This document shows positions 1 through 11,676 of a stretch of 40,435 bases of DNA, piece by piece (position 1 is the first letter of the stretch; every line of letters begins with the position of its first letter). Source of the DNA: Nemertoderma westbladi. Lineage: Eukaryota > Animalia > Xenacoelomorpha. The stretch covers positions 1-40,435 of the forward strand of contig JAUCBJ010006607.1 of assembly GCA_032718475.1 (NCBI GenBank). The letters are read 5' to 3'. The position numbers and the translations under genes are program-made. The notes beneath the pieces are model-generated. The model did no database searches. It was given only the letters and a program-made list of their open reading frames with translations, and was not told where the DNA came from.

Positions 1-1016
1 AGATTCTGAGTGACTGTTATTGTATATTTTACAGTTACGCCAGAAATAATTGACATTTATTGATTAATATTGCTGACATACGTTGGTGGAAGTTAAATCT
101 AAGCAAATTCAACTATAGGATAAAATAAGAAATAAATAATTGAATAATGTAATGACTGTAGTGACAATTTGAATAGAGGCAATTTGATGATAAAGACATT
201 GAATAGTACAGTAATTGAATGTTTACATAGAACCAATGATAGAATGTTTGACAACTTGCTATTATGGGAGTTTATCAAATAATATGACTGCACTGTTTGT
301 AGAAAAGAGTTTGTGTTTCGACAACGATGGCTGAGTGATTTGTGTGTATGTTAAATTATATAATAACAGCTGGTATTTAATTAATGTTAACTGTAGTTGT
401 GTAGGATAGATAAAGAAGATAGAAATCTAGAAGATAATGTTCCTAATAGACAAATTTACAATTTGCACCGATTTAATAGAAGATGTGGAGTTAATATAAC
501 TCAACTAATATTTAATTAGGATTTAGGAATAGAAACAGTTGATAGTAACACTATTAAATTAAATTAGGTAGGCTATAGGATGGTAAGTCAAAAATGATTC
601 TGCTAATAATTAATTAGGTCTTAGGATGGTAAGTATATAATAACTTAACTAATATTATTGAATATTATAATGTAATATAAAATTATGAATGGGACCCGAT
701 GACGGTTTGAGTGTTTAGCCGATGTCAGACAGATGCGCAGGATATTTGATTTTTATAGAGATATATATTGAATTCCTTTCAGGGTACTTGTTATTACAAT
801 AATAATAATAAATGCATTTAATATATTTAATAGCTCTTCCAATTTTGTCAAAGCGGTAAGTAATAAAATAAAATACACTAAAATTGAATTCAATTGAATT
901 GCAGTTAATATAATAACGGGTGCCAACAATGGTGTATCACTGACGGATTGTAATTTTTTTTCTATTTCATTTCAATTATGATTTCCCTATAGTATGCTAT
1001 TCAGGGTATGGAAACA

Positions 1017-3104
1017 TCATCCAAAGCAAAATAGTTTCCTTTCCAAATTACTGAATTCCGTTTGAGGTGGTAATCCGTGAAACTCACGAAGGGTCCGCCT
1101 TGGAAAGTATTTATGTCGATGTCTGAGAACACAACATTGATGAGTGAAGATTTCTAAGATCGAAAGTAAAGGAATCCAGATGAGAGTAAATAAAGTCAAT
1201 AATAGACATATAATACATACATAAGGTGGAGTTCTGCATTGTTCAACATTTTGAGTCTCAGTATTGAAACATGTGTATGTTGTACCTTCAGTGAAAGAGT
1301 AATGTATACCCAATGTTGCAAGAATAATATAAACAGGAACAGTAAGATAAACCATTGAGAATGATATAAAGATATTTATTTTAAATCCAACCATTGTCTC
1401 AAAATCGCTTATAATCCGATGTATACCAACACTGTATAAAACTGATGTGTAAGAAATGCATCCAATCACCATCATACACATATTAGATATAAATTTATCA
1501 AATATTTCTTTACAAAATGGCCCAATGTTTAGTGTAAATACCAAACTGAAAAGGAAAAGTAAAAGGCATGTAACACAAACACGATAAATCTCTGGAATTC
1601 TTAGAGTAAACTTGTGATCTTCGAGAGCATTTAAAATATTTTGAATATATCCAAACATTGAATCAATTCCTAACAATATCAATGTTACAAACAGAAGAAG
1701 TGACCATGCTGAAGCATGATCCGATATTTCTAAAATGACCCTGGTCATTGTAACAAAAGCCAAAGTAGGTCCATTTAGGTCACTCATATTTTCAAGAGCA
1801 CCTTTAATACAATCATGGTAATGATCATCTTCTTGTGGGATTTCCCTACATTTATCATCATAAGCATAATGTCCAGCCATACTAAATACAACTACAGAAG
1901 CCATTATTGAAGTTAATAGATCAACACCACATATTAAAATAGCATCCCGAAAAAAATTATTCTGTCTAGGTTGTGTTGCTCCCATCAATGTATGAAATCC
2001 CAAGCCAAGAGTCAATGTAAATGCTACTTGCACTCCCGCAGATTTCCATACTTTTAATGAGAATATCTCTTCTAAATTTCCAGGTGCGAAAGCATATTTC
2101 AACCCTTCATAACTTCCTGACATATCAAGCGATAATATGAGTAAGCAAAACATGGTGAGATAAGGAATTGTAGCTGTGAAATACACAACCCTGGTAGACC
2201 CCATAGCTCCATGTGTCTGACTAGTAACAACCATTAACCAAGTTATGACAGTTGCTATAACGATGGGATAACTAAAATATAAAGATTCACTTATATTTTT
2301 TGGTAAGCTTAAAGTTTCATTGTACCAAAAGAAACTTCCTGCCCCAAGTTCTTCACACGTTTGATTTTTGAACTCAATAACTAAATTGTTTCCCCCCAAC
2401 ATATTACATGAACTCCATGGTAATTTATATCTAAACGTCATAGCTGAGTAAAATATGCAATAGGATATATCGATACTATAGGAAATAACAATGAAGCCAC
2501 AAAGAATTACTTGGGAAACACCAATTCCAGCTAACCTTGGATGCAATGTTTCATATACATTCCACGGTCCTTGTCTCGTGAGTTGTCCAATACCTAACTC
2601 AAATGTTAGCACTGGTAGACCCACAATAAGAAGTAAAATTAAATACGGTATGAGAAATACTCCACCACCATTTTCCACCATCCTCTTTGGAAAGTACAAA
2701 ATATTTCCTGTTCCGACAACACATCCTATGCAACTTAGTATATATTGCAACTTAGAATCCCAGATCGATTCCATTGTGTCTTCCTCTGGTCTCCAATTTT
2801 TAATTTTATAAAATGTATCTTTGTTCTTTGCGAATTCAAAGATTCTACGGTCCTCGACTTTTTTAAATTTACCAGTTTCCACACCAAGGTCGAAAGTATC
2901 TGTTCGAGTATGATTTAGAGTGAAGGATTTTCTTAATGTATGACGAAAGTTTTGCACTGAAGTATTGCAGGAATAGAAACTAGTTTCCACTGTCGAAACA
3001 TCGATAGGTTCTTTTTTTTCTAACTGAAACTCCAGCACTGAATTCGCAGTTTTCAAGCTAATTTCTTTACTTTCCATATCCTTCCTCCCAATTTTATTCT
3101 CCAT
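1017..3104 (-). CDS. SLC6 / neurotransmitter:sodium symporter (SNF) family transporter, probably amino-acid type, single exon
   Basis: Uninterrupted 695-aa ORF with NSS signatures: WDSKLQYILSCIGCVVGTGN...FP (TM1), NGGGVFLIPY...GLP...ELGIGQ (TM2), LPWSSC...C (EL2 disulfide), TATIPY, QVAFTL (TM6), GPTLAF, LGIDSMFG (TM8), about 12 hydrophobic segments. Gly rather than Asp in TM1 (VVGTGN) argues against a monoamine transporter. Confidence 0.93.
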   Translation of the reverse strand: MENKIGRKDMESKEISLKTANSVLEFQLEKKEPIDVSTVETSFYSCNTSVQNFRHTLRKSFTLNHTRTDTFDLGVETGKFKKVEDRRIFEFAKNKDTFYKIKNWRPEEDTMESIWDSKLQYILSCIGCVVGTGNILYFPKRMVENGGGVFLIPYLILLLIVGLPVLTFELGIGQLTRQGPWNVYETLHPRLAGIGVSQVILCGFIVISYSIDISYCIFYSAMTFRYKLPWSSCNMLGGNNLVIEFKNQTCEELGAGSFFWYNETLSLPKNISESLYFSYPIVIATVITWLMVVTSQTHGAMGSTRVVYFTATIPYLTMFCLLILSLDMSGSYEGLKYAFAPGNLEEIFSLKVWKSAGVQVAFTLTLGLGFHTLMGATQPRQNNFFRDAILICGVDLLTSIMASVVVFSMAGHYAYDDKCREIPQEDDHYHDCIKGALENMSDLNGPTLAFVTMTRVILEISDHASAWSLLLFVTLILLGIDSMFGYIQNILNALEDHKFTLRIPEIYRVCVTCLLLFLFSLVFTLNIGPFCKEIFDKFISNMCMMVIGCISYTSVLYSVGIHRIISDFETMVGFKINIFISFSMVYLTVPVYIILATLGIHYSFTEGTTYTCFNTETQNVEQCRTPPYVCIICLLLTLFTLIWIPLLSILEIFTHQCCVLRHRHKYFPRRTLREFHGLPPQTEFSNLERKLFCFG

Positions 3105-3274
3105 TATAACAATCTATTGCTCAATCACCTTTCCGTTGAAATTTTTTTGTTTGCCTAGTGTCTCTATGCAGTTTTGGCAATTATAGGCTTTGGGCGCAGC
3201 ACTGCAATTCTTTACTTGCTACTTTTCATCTTCGTGGTAGCTACACTTAATTTCTATTCATTTTTTTATAAATA

Positions 3275-3391
3275 TTGTTCTAGAACAAAGAAATGTTGTT
3301 CTAGAACATAGAAATGTTGTTCTAGAACAAAGAAATGTTGTTCTAGAACAAAGAAATGTTGTTCTAGAACAAAGAAATGTTGTTCTAGAAC
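3275..3391. repeat. 21-bp tandem repeat (ttgttctagaacaaagaaatg) x about 5.5, containing the palindrome TGTTCTAGAACA
   Basis: Units visible at 3275, 3296, 3317, 3338, 3359 and a partial one at 3380. Confidence 0.95.
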
Positions 3392-3436
3392 TTATTTTTA
3401 AAATAGGTATAGTTTCTGTTAGTTATTATTTTAAAA

Positions 3437-4031
3437 TGTTATCGCTAGTTACCCCTGCGATGACCAACGGAGACTGGAAGATCGCAAATTCTAAGCTCAG
3501 ACATGATGTAAGAAGATACTCATCCACCATTGTGGGAATACTACTTGTATGTAGTATGTATATTGTTTATGGGGGTTGCATGCCAACCGTTACTAGATAG
3601 GCCCTATGCCAGTCAGTCCTGGCTTCGGTACCGGTACAGTTACTTTCACCAGCTGCTTGTCAGCTATCTTTATTTTGAGAATATTATATAGATCTGGGAA
3701 ATCGATTATACCTACCTATTCTATTTTCACCCGAACCTCGCATCACGGTTCACTACAACCATCATATCTATCGGACTAAGGGTTTCCATCCTATCTCTTC
3801 AGACTGCCGCTGTATGTCCGCTGGCGACGTCATCGTGTACCACCTTATAACTTGGAGGATGGAACTTGGACCGAGCGTCAGGAAGTGGGCCTCCACCTCA
3901 CCTTATTAATCTACCTTCTACTTCCGCCTCTAAGAGCCAGTACCTGATAGTACAGGCTCCAGCCTATGGTACCTGAGTGAGTACCATTGCTTTATTCAAT
4001 GAAAAAGGTAACAGTTCCTTATATCACTACA
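3437..4031. mobile_element. Possible 595-bp insertion (solo-LTR-like or other TE fragment)
   Basis: GC-richer block starting TGTT and ending TACA, flanked on both sides by TTTTAAAA (3429-3436, 4032-4039) within AT-rich DNA. No second copy in the window. Confidence 0.35.
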
Positions 4032-4219
4032 TTTTAAAACATATATCATTGTTATTATGGCAACATTGAAGAGTTCTAGAACAATAGAAAAATATTATAT
4101 ACTAGAACATAAATAAAATAAAAATATAATGTTCTAGAACATATAGGTAGTTTTTTTTAATTTTAATATAGCTAGTAAATTTAAAAAAAGTTTATTTTTA
4201 ACTAAATAATTTCTATATA

Positions 4220-4749
4220 CCGCCATGTGGCAATAAAAAGGCTCTATCTCAAATTTTTGAAAAAATTGAGTTATTCATTTCATGTGAAAGCCTATAAAAT
4301 TCTGCATCAGATAATGTAATTTTTGATAGTGGGTTGTTATCAAAATTATCACATTTAAATCATTTGATTTAAAAGAAATGCAGAAAATTCAATAAAACTG
4401 TGATTGAAATTAGAATATTGACGAATTCCAAGATAGCTCCTTTTTAACGAATTCATTAAAAAGGCTCTATCTTAGAACTTTTTTATGATATCCTAAGAAA
4501 GCGCCTTTCTAATAAATTTATTAGAATATTATGCTATCTCTATACAGTTTCTTCTGAGATAGCTCCTTTTTAATGATTCTTTAGAAAGGCGCTATCTCAG
4601 TTATCCTTATACAGTTTTAGAGATAGCGCCTTTTTAATGAAATTCATTAGAAATGTGCTATCTTAGAAATTTGTTGACCAATTACATAAGTTCAATTTCC
4701 ACAGTTTGTATGGAAACTGAGATAGTGCCTTTTTATTGTCACATGACGA
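4220..4749. mobile_element. MITE with about 32-bp imperfect TIRs and TA flanks (Tc1/mariner-pogo type)
   Basis: Left ccgccatgtggcaataaaaaggctctatctca versus reverse complement of right end tcgtcatgtgacaataaaaaggcactatctca; TA at 4218-4219 and 4750-4751; internal repeated palindromes built from gagatagcgccttttt/aaaaaggcgctatctc. Confidence 0.8.
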
Positions 4750-5142
4750 TACATTTAAATTAAATAGATTATAGACTTTTTATATACCGAGTAACTAATT
4801 AGTTTATTTATCCATTGGGTATTGGCTTTTGTTGGCCTTTAATATCTCATGGCATCGTCCGTTTAATTTTCCTTTTCTAATAAGTTCTAACATATATTCT
4901 GCCATTTTTCCAGATAATTTACCTTCATAGTTAATGCACACCTCACACAAAGCTCTAGCGTTGTACATTTTTCTTACTATTCTCCATACCTGCCTTAATT
5001 TGACTTTTAAGATAATTCATCGCTCAGGTTATGGGAGTAATCACAATAAAGTTAGTTAAGTAGTCTTTATCACGTAATCGGTATAGATCTTCTAGATCTT
5101 ATAGAGATCTTATAGATTTTCTAGAACCCTGGATGCTGGATT

Positions 5143-5582
5143 ATAAATATCCCTTAGTTTTACCATTTTATTGAAACGGGGTGTAGAACTCGCAAGGTTG
5201 GCAAGGATAGGCAAGGTTGGTCTATACACAAGACACTAAACTCCGCCAACTTCTAATCCGATCCATCCTTCAAGCCAAGAAGGGCAGGAACTATTTGCTA
5301 CACATGTAACAATGGTGTAACAAAATGTGCAGTGAGGAATGCTGTCTATGAGATTAAGTGCACGGCGTGCATCCAACACATGAGATCTATATTGGAGAAA
5401 CGGTTGGGCCCTAGAAAGGAAGCTACAGGGGAGCACTACTTAGACAAACACCCGGGGAATACTAATTACACCAACCCATATTTATAGTACAAATTAAACG
5501 CATATGTAAAGACTGGACAGAACATAAATTAGCTGCACAATTCTATATTAAAAGAGACAGACCAACACTGAACACTCAATAC
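5143..5582 (+). pseudogene. Relic of a Penelope-like element: linker plus GIY-YIG endonuclease, frameshifted
   Basis: Manual translation across frameshifts gives LVLPF...RLVYTQDTKLRQLLIRS...KCAVRNAVYEIKCTAC / IYIGET / GEH ... FIVQIKRICKDWTEHKLAAQFYIKRDRPTLNTQ, matching the Penelope VY.I.C..C...YIGET...EH...I....P.LN pattern. Confidence 0.75.
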
Positions 5583-5779
5583 CTAAAAGAACACGCCAGT
5601 AGTAGAAATTAAAGGTTCCCTACCCAACTCCTCTCTATGCTTTTCAATGGGTATTCTATCGAGAGGTCTATCAAAATCGTCCCAACTCCTCTCTACGGCG
5701 ACCATCTTTTACATAGAACGGTTTAAAATTTGTCACTTATAATATTTTTCTAAAAAGATTTTCTAATTTATTTATTATT

Positions 5780-6547
5780 ATGGCTTTAATGCAAAAAACC
5801 GGAGCATCAAATACCTGTAAATTTACTTACAATAAATATACTTGCACTGTTGCTCACAGTAAGTATTTTATTGTCAATTCTCAGGATGACAACAAAACAA
5901 TCTGTTTTTCTCACCAGGATACCGGCTATTTGCTGGACATTCTAGAAACAACGACCAATCAACATCAATCCAGACCACCAATTATACCAGGTAGGATATA
6001 TCCCACTCTTCGCTTTTCTTGAGGAAATTTGAATATATCTATCAACCCCACCCCGGGAGATGTTTACGTTTAGAAACAAGGCCAATGTAAACTTCTAAAC
6101 AAAGCTTTTACCGAAGCTCTAATTCAATACAGAGGAAAGTTATTACAATTTCTCTCTCCACTGCTAGAGATTATTAGTGATCAATTCTACATAGATTTAT
6201 CAAATTCAGAATTTATCGGATTTGTAACAGCATTCAAGGGAACCAACTATGTTGGTTTATGGAAAATTACCCTCAGATACGTTGATAGTGTAGTTTTTAG
6301 TTACTACACTGGTTTTATAATTCAACAAATCAGGAACTAACCTGTTTGTTAACTGATTGGGATATGGAAATAGATGAAACAAACAAGACTAGTTGTCTTT
6401 TTGATAATATTAAAAATATTATTCAACTATCGGAGCATCTCAAAATGATAAAAAGCGATAAAAAAATCATTATTACCAACATAGATAATCCTACAGAAGG
6501 AGGAGGAGGAAATTATATTGTGTTTTGCATTACCTGAATGATAAAGC
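5780..6547 (+). pseudogene. Disrupted copy of the PC4-like ORF (26922-27986)
   Basis: MALMQKTGASNTCKFTYNKY... nearly identical to the intact copy; premature TGA at 6020-6022, TAG near 6070, frameshifts, truncated at the deletion junction. Confidence 0.9.
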
Positions 6548-6626
6548 ATTCCCTGGGGCCACTATAAAACAAAGCTTAAATAACCTATAAAAAAATCAAA
6601 TATACCAATTTATGAAGAACCGGAAG

Positions 6627-7188
6627 ATGAATTATCAAATAGTGAATACAAATATAAGTTGTAAGCAGATCATTCTTGGTCTTAATTTAAAAGAATTAAA
6701 AAATCAATCAAAAAATTGCCTGGTAAAATTATACTCAAACCAAATCAGTTTATATATAAGGTATTTGGTGCAACCTTATTAATGTTTACAAATGGTCAAA
6801 TAACAATCCTTGGTATAAAATATTTTTTTTAATAAAGTTAAAAAGCATATATTTGAAAAAAACAAACATAAATTTGATTTTTAAATCTATTAATTTGTGT
6901 ACTTATATTTTTAGTATTAACTCTGTAATCTATAGGTTACTTATAAACAATATCGGGTTTTATGTTATATTTGATAAAGTCAAGCTACAAATTACATACG
7001 AACCAGAAATATTCAATAACTGTAAAGTAAGAATAGATAATATTGTCGTTGTCTGCTGTTTATATACTGGTAAATGTACATTAATGTGTTCACCTTCTAA
7101 TTTTCATACATATTATCCTATATTTAACAAACTGGTTAATAATTTATTAATGTTTGGTAGCGGAATTTTAGCTGTAAAATATAATTAG
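6627..7188 (+). pseudogene. Frameshifted copy of the TBP-like gene
   Basis: MNYQIVNTNISCKQ start at 6627, frameshifts near 6710 and 6825, C-terminal half open (ORF 6853-7188: ITYEPEIFNNCKVRIDNIVVVCCLYTGKCTLM). Confidence 0.85.
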
Positions 7189-7788
7189 AGGGAGAAGAAA
7201 TTCAACAATATTTTTTTTTAATTAAATCTACAAGCAATTAGGGAAACTAACTTGTTTAGAATAAGTGTGATCAGTTGTAACAGATTGTATGGTTAGTATA
7301 CACAGAGTCAGAAGCTAAGATATATTGCAAAGCTTGGTGGGAAAAGTTGATGTATTCGTGGTCAAGGTTGTGTATCTGTTACTTATGAGTGTATGCATCG
7401 TGTCAGCGGCTAAATTATACATCACTAAGCTTGGTGAGAAAAGTTGATGTATTCATAGTCAAAGTTGTAGGCCTATCTGTTACTTGCACGTATACATCGA
7501 ATTAAAACATAGCCTATGCATTTCAGTTCATTCAGAATAGAATAATGAACATATATCGCTAATCTGTATGGGAAAAGTTTGCGTTAAGCATAGGATGGTA
7601 CAAGTGTAAACGTTTCGGTTATGTGAGTGAATTCTGTAATGAACATCTGCCACCATCTACAAAAATTATATTTAAACTCGATTTTTCTCTCAATGAACTG
7701 TAATATTGTTAAACAAAAATAAAAAAAACCAGTACACTATTCTATTAATAAATATTATATATAATATATATATATGATAACCTGAAAG

Positions 7789-8117
7789 ATGGCTGCGAGT
7801 TGTTCAATGAAATTCGATCTTGAAACGGAAGATATCTATTTTCAATCAGGAAATGTTGTCAATATTGTTATAAAATTTGAAGACGGGTGGCTATTAAAAA
7901 TATAGCGAATCACGGAAACGAAATAACTGATTTCAAAACATCGAAAAAATTCACGTAAAATGTAAGAGTTCGACCTGGTGAAGTTCATGGAAGCAAAATA
8001 ATTTCGGAAGAAAATTTTGAAAAAGGGATAATAAATCCAACCGAAGCTTTAATATTACCTCTGAATAATCCGTGGGAAGATGATCCTGTATCACAACCAG
8101 TTTACAAATGGAAATGA
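7789..8117 (+). pseudogene. Diverged, frameshifted homolog of orphan ORF 38481-38834
   Basis: CSMKFDLETEDIYFQSGNVVNIVIK vs CLLKFDADGDDLYFTSLNVTELHLK; NVRVRPGEVH vs NVRVQPGAAH; PTEALILP vs PTPTLLLP; syntenic position after the TBP-like gene. Confidence 0.75.
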
Positions 8118-8351
8118 CAGTCTTACCAATTCTGTCCGACTACCGGTATATTAAGTGTTAGCGGTATATTAAATGTTAAAAGTACGGTACTTACTGACTT
8201 AATTAGCCCCTACTAAAGAAATATTAAATGTTTTTTATAGTGAATAAATACTCTAACTAGGTGCTATAGCATTTTATATGATTGTAGTGTGAGTCTTTAT
8301 ATGACTGAAGCCATACCTAATGTATTTACAGGTAATGGTAATGGGTTACCA

Positions 8352-8645
8352 TCTAGTAGGGAAGAAGTTCAAGTTCAGCAAGTTAGATCTAATACACATT
8401 TTTTTCGTTAGAAAATTGGTTGTACGAACCTAGAATGGAACAGCTACCGGGATACATTCAACAATAATTGTTGTGTGAAATAAAGAAATGGACACACTGA
8501 CTGTCAGACTGTATTGCATATTGCGTTGGCGTCTACTAGGGAAGAAGTTCAAGTTCAATGAGTTAGACTGTTAGACCTAATACACATTTTTCAACAGAAA
8601 ATTGGTAGCGTGATCCTAGAATAGAAGCACATTACACAATAATAA
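8352..8645. repeat. Imperfect direct duplication (period about 180 bp)
   Basis: tagggaagaagttcaagttca...taatacacattttt...agaaaattggt...cctagaat occurs at about 8357 and about 8537. Confidence 0.8.
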
Positions 8646-9834
8646 ACTTGTAACACTTTGATACAAGTTTATAATAATAAACAACAAATATGAATGTAGG
8701 GCGTATGTACAGTAAAACAATAAAATACCAGGTTACTTAGTTACTTTAATTAAAAACCGAAGGAGTAAAACAATTTTGATGATAGTGTCCATTACATACC
8801 ATTCAAACACTGACTAAATTATTAAGCTACGGTAATGAATGCAGTTATTTATTTGTAATTAGCCGTTTCACACGAAGTGTGCCTTTACACTCCCTCTGGT
8901 GATTGGTCTTCTACTGACTTTGCAAACGTGCGACTAATAATGATAAATTAAACCACAGTCACACAAGTAAACTCTCTGACTTAATCAGCAATTCGCACGG
9001 AAATGCACCTGCAATAGTTGCACTCGCACATTACTGCACAACAGAATTCACAAATGTTATTATAATATTATAACACATCAAACCAAACTACAGTATCACA
9101 CCAAATAATCGCGGGATTGTCTATATTATCTTTTGTCAATAATGTTCTCCCTGTTTTGCAACTTTACGCTTCACGTGTCGCCAGCCCACGGATTACGCCG
9201 CCCGCAGGGAACGCAGGTCTAAAAGCTCAACACGTTCGGAGAGTTATACGTCGTGGACACTGTAATGTTTCAAATCCCTTAACAATTCGTCGACAAAGCA
9301 TTCAGTTCACAATATCAAATAAAATAAAAACATGTGCAAATAACACAACACTAGTTCTACACGAAGTGGGGCCTTCGCGCAGCACGTGACTTAAATTTAA
9401 TTTAAGTACTAATTCGAAAGTATTACTGTATTAGCAAATTTTAAGCAGATTTCGCCTAATCACTTTTTACCTCTTTCATTTCTATTCAGACATTTCTGAC
9501 TCTAGCGGTATAGTGAGAACTGAAGATGGATTAGGGTCTCCAGCCCCACAAAGACACAGCCTATGGATGAATAGTACATACGTACATCGGCCAAGTTTCA
9601 TCTTGAATAATGGATAACGAAATGAGAGACGGATCTCACTTTCAGAAATTTCGTCGTATAGCGGCAGACCGATTAAATCTCCCCCCCCCCCCACAAAGAC
9701 GCAGCATGTGGTCCAGAATATATGGCAAGATTCAGCTTAAACTGATTAAAATCAATGAGACGGGAAAATCTATTCACTTTCAGGCATAAAGTAGTCCTAT
9801 AGCGGGTGACTGTTGAACTGATTTTCAACAAAAC

Positions 9835-10530
9835 AAATTTTCAACTTGGCAGCTTTAAATTCGACAAAGTTATAAGCATGCCAATATCATAACGACGACA
9901 ACGATTTCACTTTCAGACATTTGGCCCTCTAGCGGCAGACTGGAGAACTGCAGATGGATTCGCCTCCTTTGAAAGTCACAGCTAATGGTCTAATACATAT
10001 CTGCCAAGTTTCAGCTTAAACGGATTAAAAGCAAAGAAATGGGAGGGCATTTAATGTTTAGACATGTGGCCCTCTAGCGGGAGACCATTGCACTGATGGT
10101 GTCTGAAAGTCTCTCAAAAATCTCAACTTTAGCTCATATTGATACCTACAAATTTTCAACTTGGCAGCTTTAAATCCGACAAAGTTATTAGCATGTCAAA
10201 ATCGTAACGACGACAACGATTTCACTTTCAGACCTTTGGCCCTCTAGCGGCAGACTGGAGAACTGCAGATGGATTCGCCTCCTTTGAAAGTCACAGCTAA
10301 TGGTCTAATACATATCTGCCAAGTTTCAGCTTAAACGGATTAAAAGCAAAGAAATGGGAGGGCATTTAATGTTTAGACATGTGGCCCTCTAGCGGGAGAC
10401 CATTGCACTGATGGTGTCTGAACGTCTCTCAAAAATCTCAACTTTAGCTCATATTGATACCTACAAATTTTCAACTTGGCAGCTTTAAATCCGACAAAGT
10501 TATTAGCATGTCAAAATCGTAACGACGATG
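9835..10530. repeat. 316-bp tandem repeat, about 2.2 near-identical units, preceded by a diverged unit from about 9485
   Basis: aaattttcaacttggcagctttaaat recurs at about 9835, 10151 and 10466; the sub-motif ggccctctagcgg recurs twice per unit. Confidence 0.92.
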
Positions 10531-10580
10531 ACGACGACAACGACGACGACGACGACGACGACAACGACGACGACGACAAC
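10522..10580. repeat. (GAC/AAC)n microsatellite
   Basis: acgacgatgacgacgacaacgacgac... directly visible. Confidence 0.95.
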
Positions 10581-11676
10581 TATTTGCATAAATTGACCCA
10601 CCCCCTAACAGTGTCAATTCGCTAAGGCTCCGCCAACTTCCAATTCGCTAAGGCTCCGCCAACTTCGTGGCTCGCCCCACACGTAATTGAAGTGGTTTAT
10701 TTACACGGAAACCGCTGAGCGAAGTAGGTATAATAAACTGCGCAGTTTTATTATAGCCCACTACCACAGCGCACTTGGTGTTCGAGATGTTAATGTAATT
10801 AATTGTACGGGGGGGTGGGGGGGGGGGGGGGGGGCAGTGTTGGAAATAAGTATTTCACTGTCAAGGCTTTTACGGGAGGCTGACCTACAGATGCCGTTAC
10901 GAGTCTATCTGTAATTCTTATGAGTGTTATCAAGTGCCTTGGGGTACCTGCCGCACGGCAGGAACACTCACGAAAGTATGGGTATATATATATATTATCT
11001 AATATATGTATCCAAACTGAATGTACAACCAATTACTGTAAGTATAAAGCTTCGGCGCTTACAAACTGCTTCAAGGGGAGGTGATAGTTACGTGTAAACC
11101 GTCCCGTTATATTGTGTTGTTGGCGAGTAAATGTTTGTGTGACTTACATATATTACAGGTAGGACACTATGTTTGACTCAGTGTGGGGTAAGCGCACAGT
11201 TCAACCTTGCTGCATGCATAGTGTTAGTAGATGATATTTACTAGTTGGGGAATAATATTGCAGTACTATGGACGCACACACTCGCACTAAAATGAACCGA
11301 ATATATTACAGACAGGGCGCAGTCAGCACTAACCGTGTGGAAATCGAGTTGGTTTGATCTCTGGTCTAGTATATTCATCAACAATAGCAAGGCAATAATA
11401 GTAGTTAATAATAATGCAACATAGCAAGGTGAAATACTATGAGTCCTGCAAATTACATGACTCGCAACAGGCTAATATGATGTCAGGTTATGCCTGAGAA
11501 TAATGGAATGAAGATCGACTATATAAACAAGTAATACTGCAAAATAGAACAGCCAATAGGATGCAAGAATACCTGCACCGATAGTTACCAATGAGAGTTC
11601 AGCACTATCACAACTGCTGCTAGGCAACATATAAACAAGGTTCATGGTGGTATTCAACTATATATATATATATATA

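Larger units (their letters stand above)
5718..8117 (+). mobile_element. Internally deleted, decayed second copy of the Polinton-like element at 26.9-40.4 kb
   Basis: Colinear nucleotide similarity: 5718-6547 to about 26871-27683, 6548-7735 to about 32133-33395. Protein-level similarity of 7789-8117 to ORF 38481-38834. Lacks about 4.45 kb including nearly all of polB, and lacks the P element. Confidence 0.9.
9351..10755 (-). mobile_element. Non-autonomous Helitron/Helentron-like element (DINE/HINE-type architecture) with internal satellite and microsatellite
   Basis: Minus strand ends cgcgaag-gcccca-cttcgtg (hairpin) tagaa CTAG|T at 9351, a Helitron-like 3' end. Internal 316-bp tandem units, a (GAC)n tract, a 26-bp duplication (10615-10666) and a palindrome at 10729-10755. 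Right boundary uncertain. Confidence 0.55.

Noticed and set aside
150-355. Plus-strand frame with a CTVC motif and one internal stop
   Set aside because: Possibly a decayed coding relic, but no recognisable family.
5598-5615. AGTAGTAG as a Polinton terminus paired with tactact at about 40411
   Set aside because: No extended inverted repeat or 6-bp TSD, and the 40411 match lies within a coding frame. The left motif alone is insufficient.
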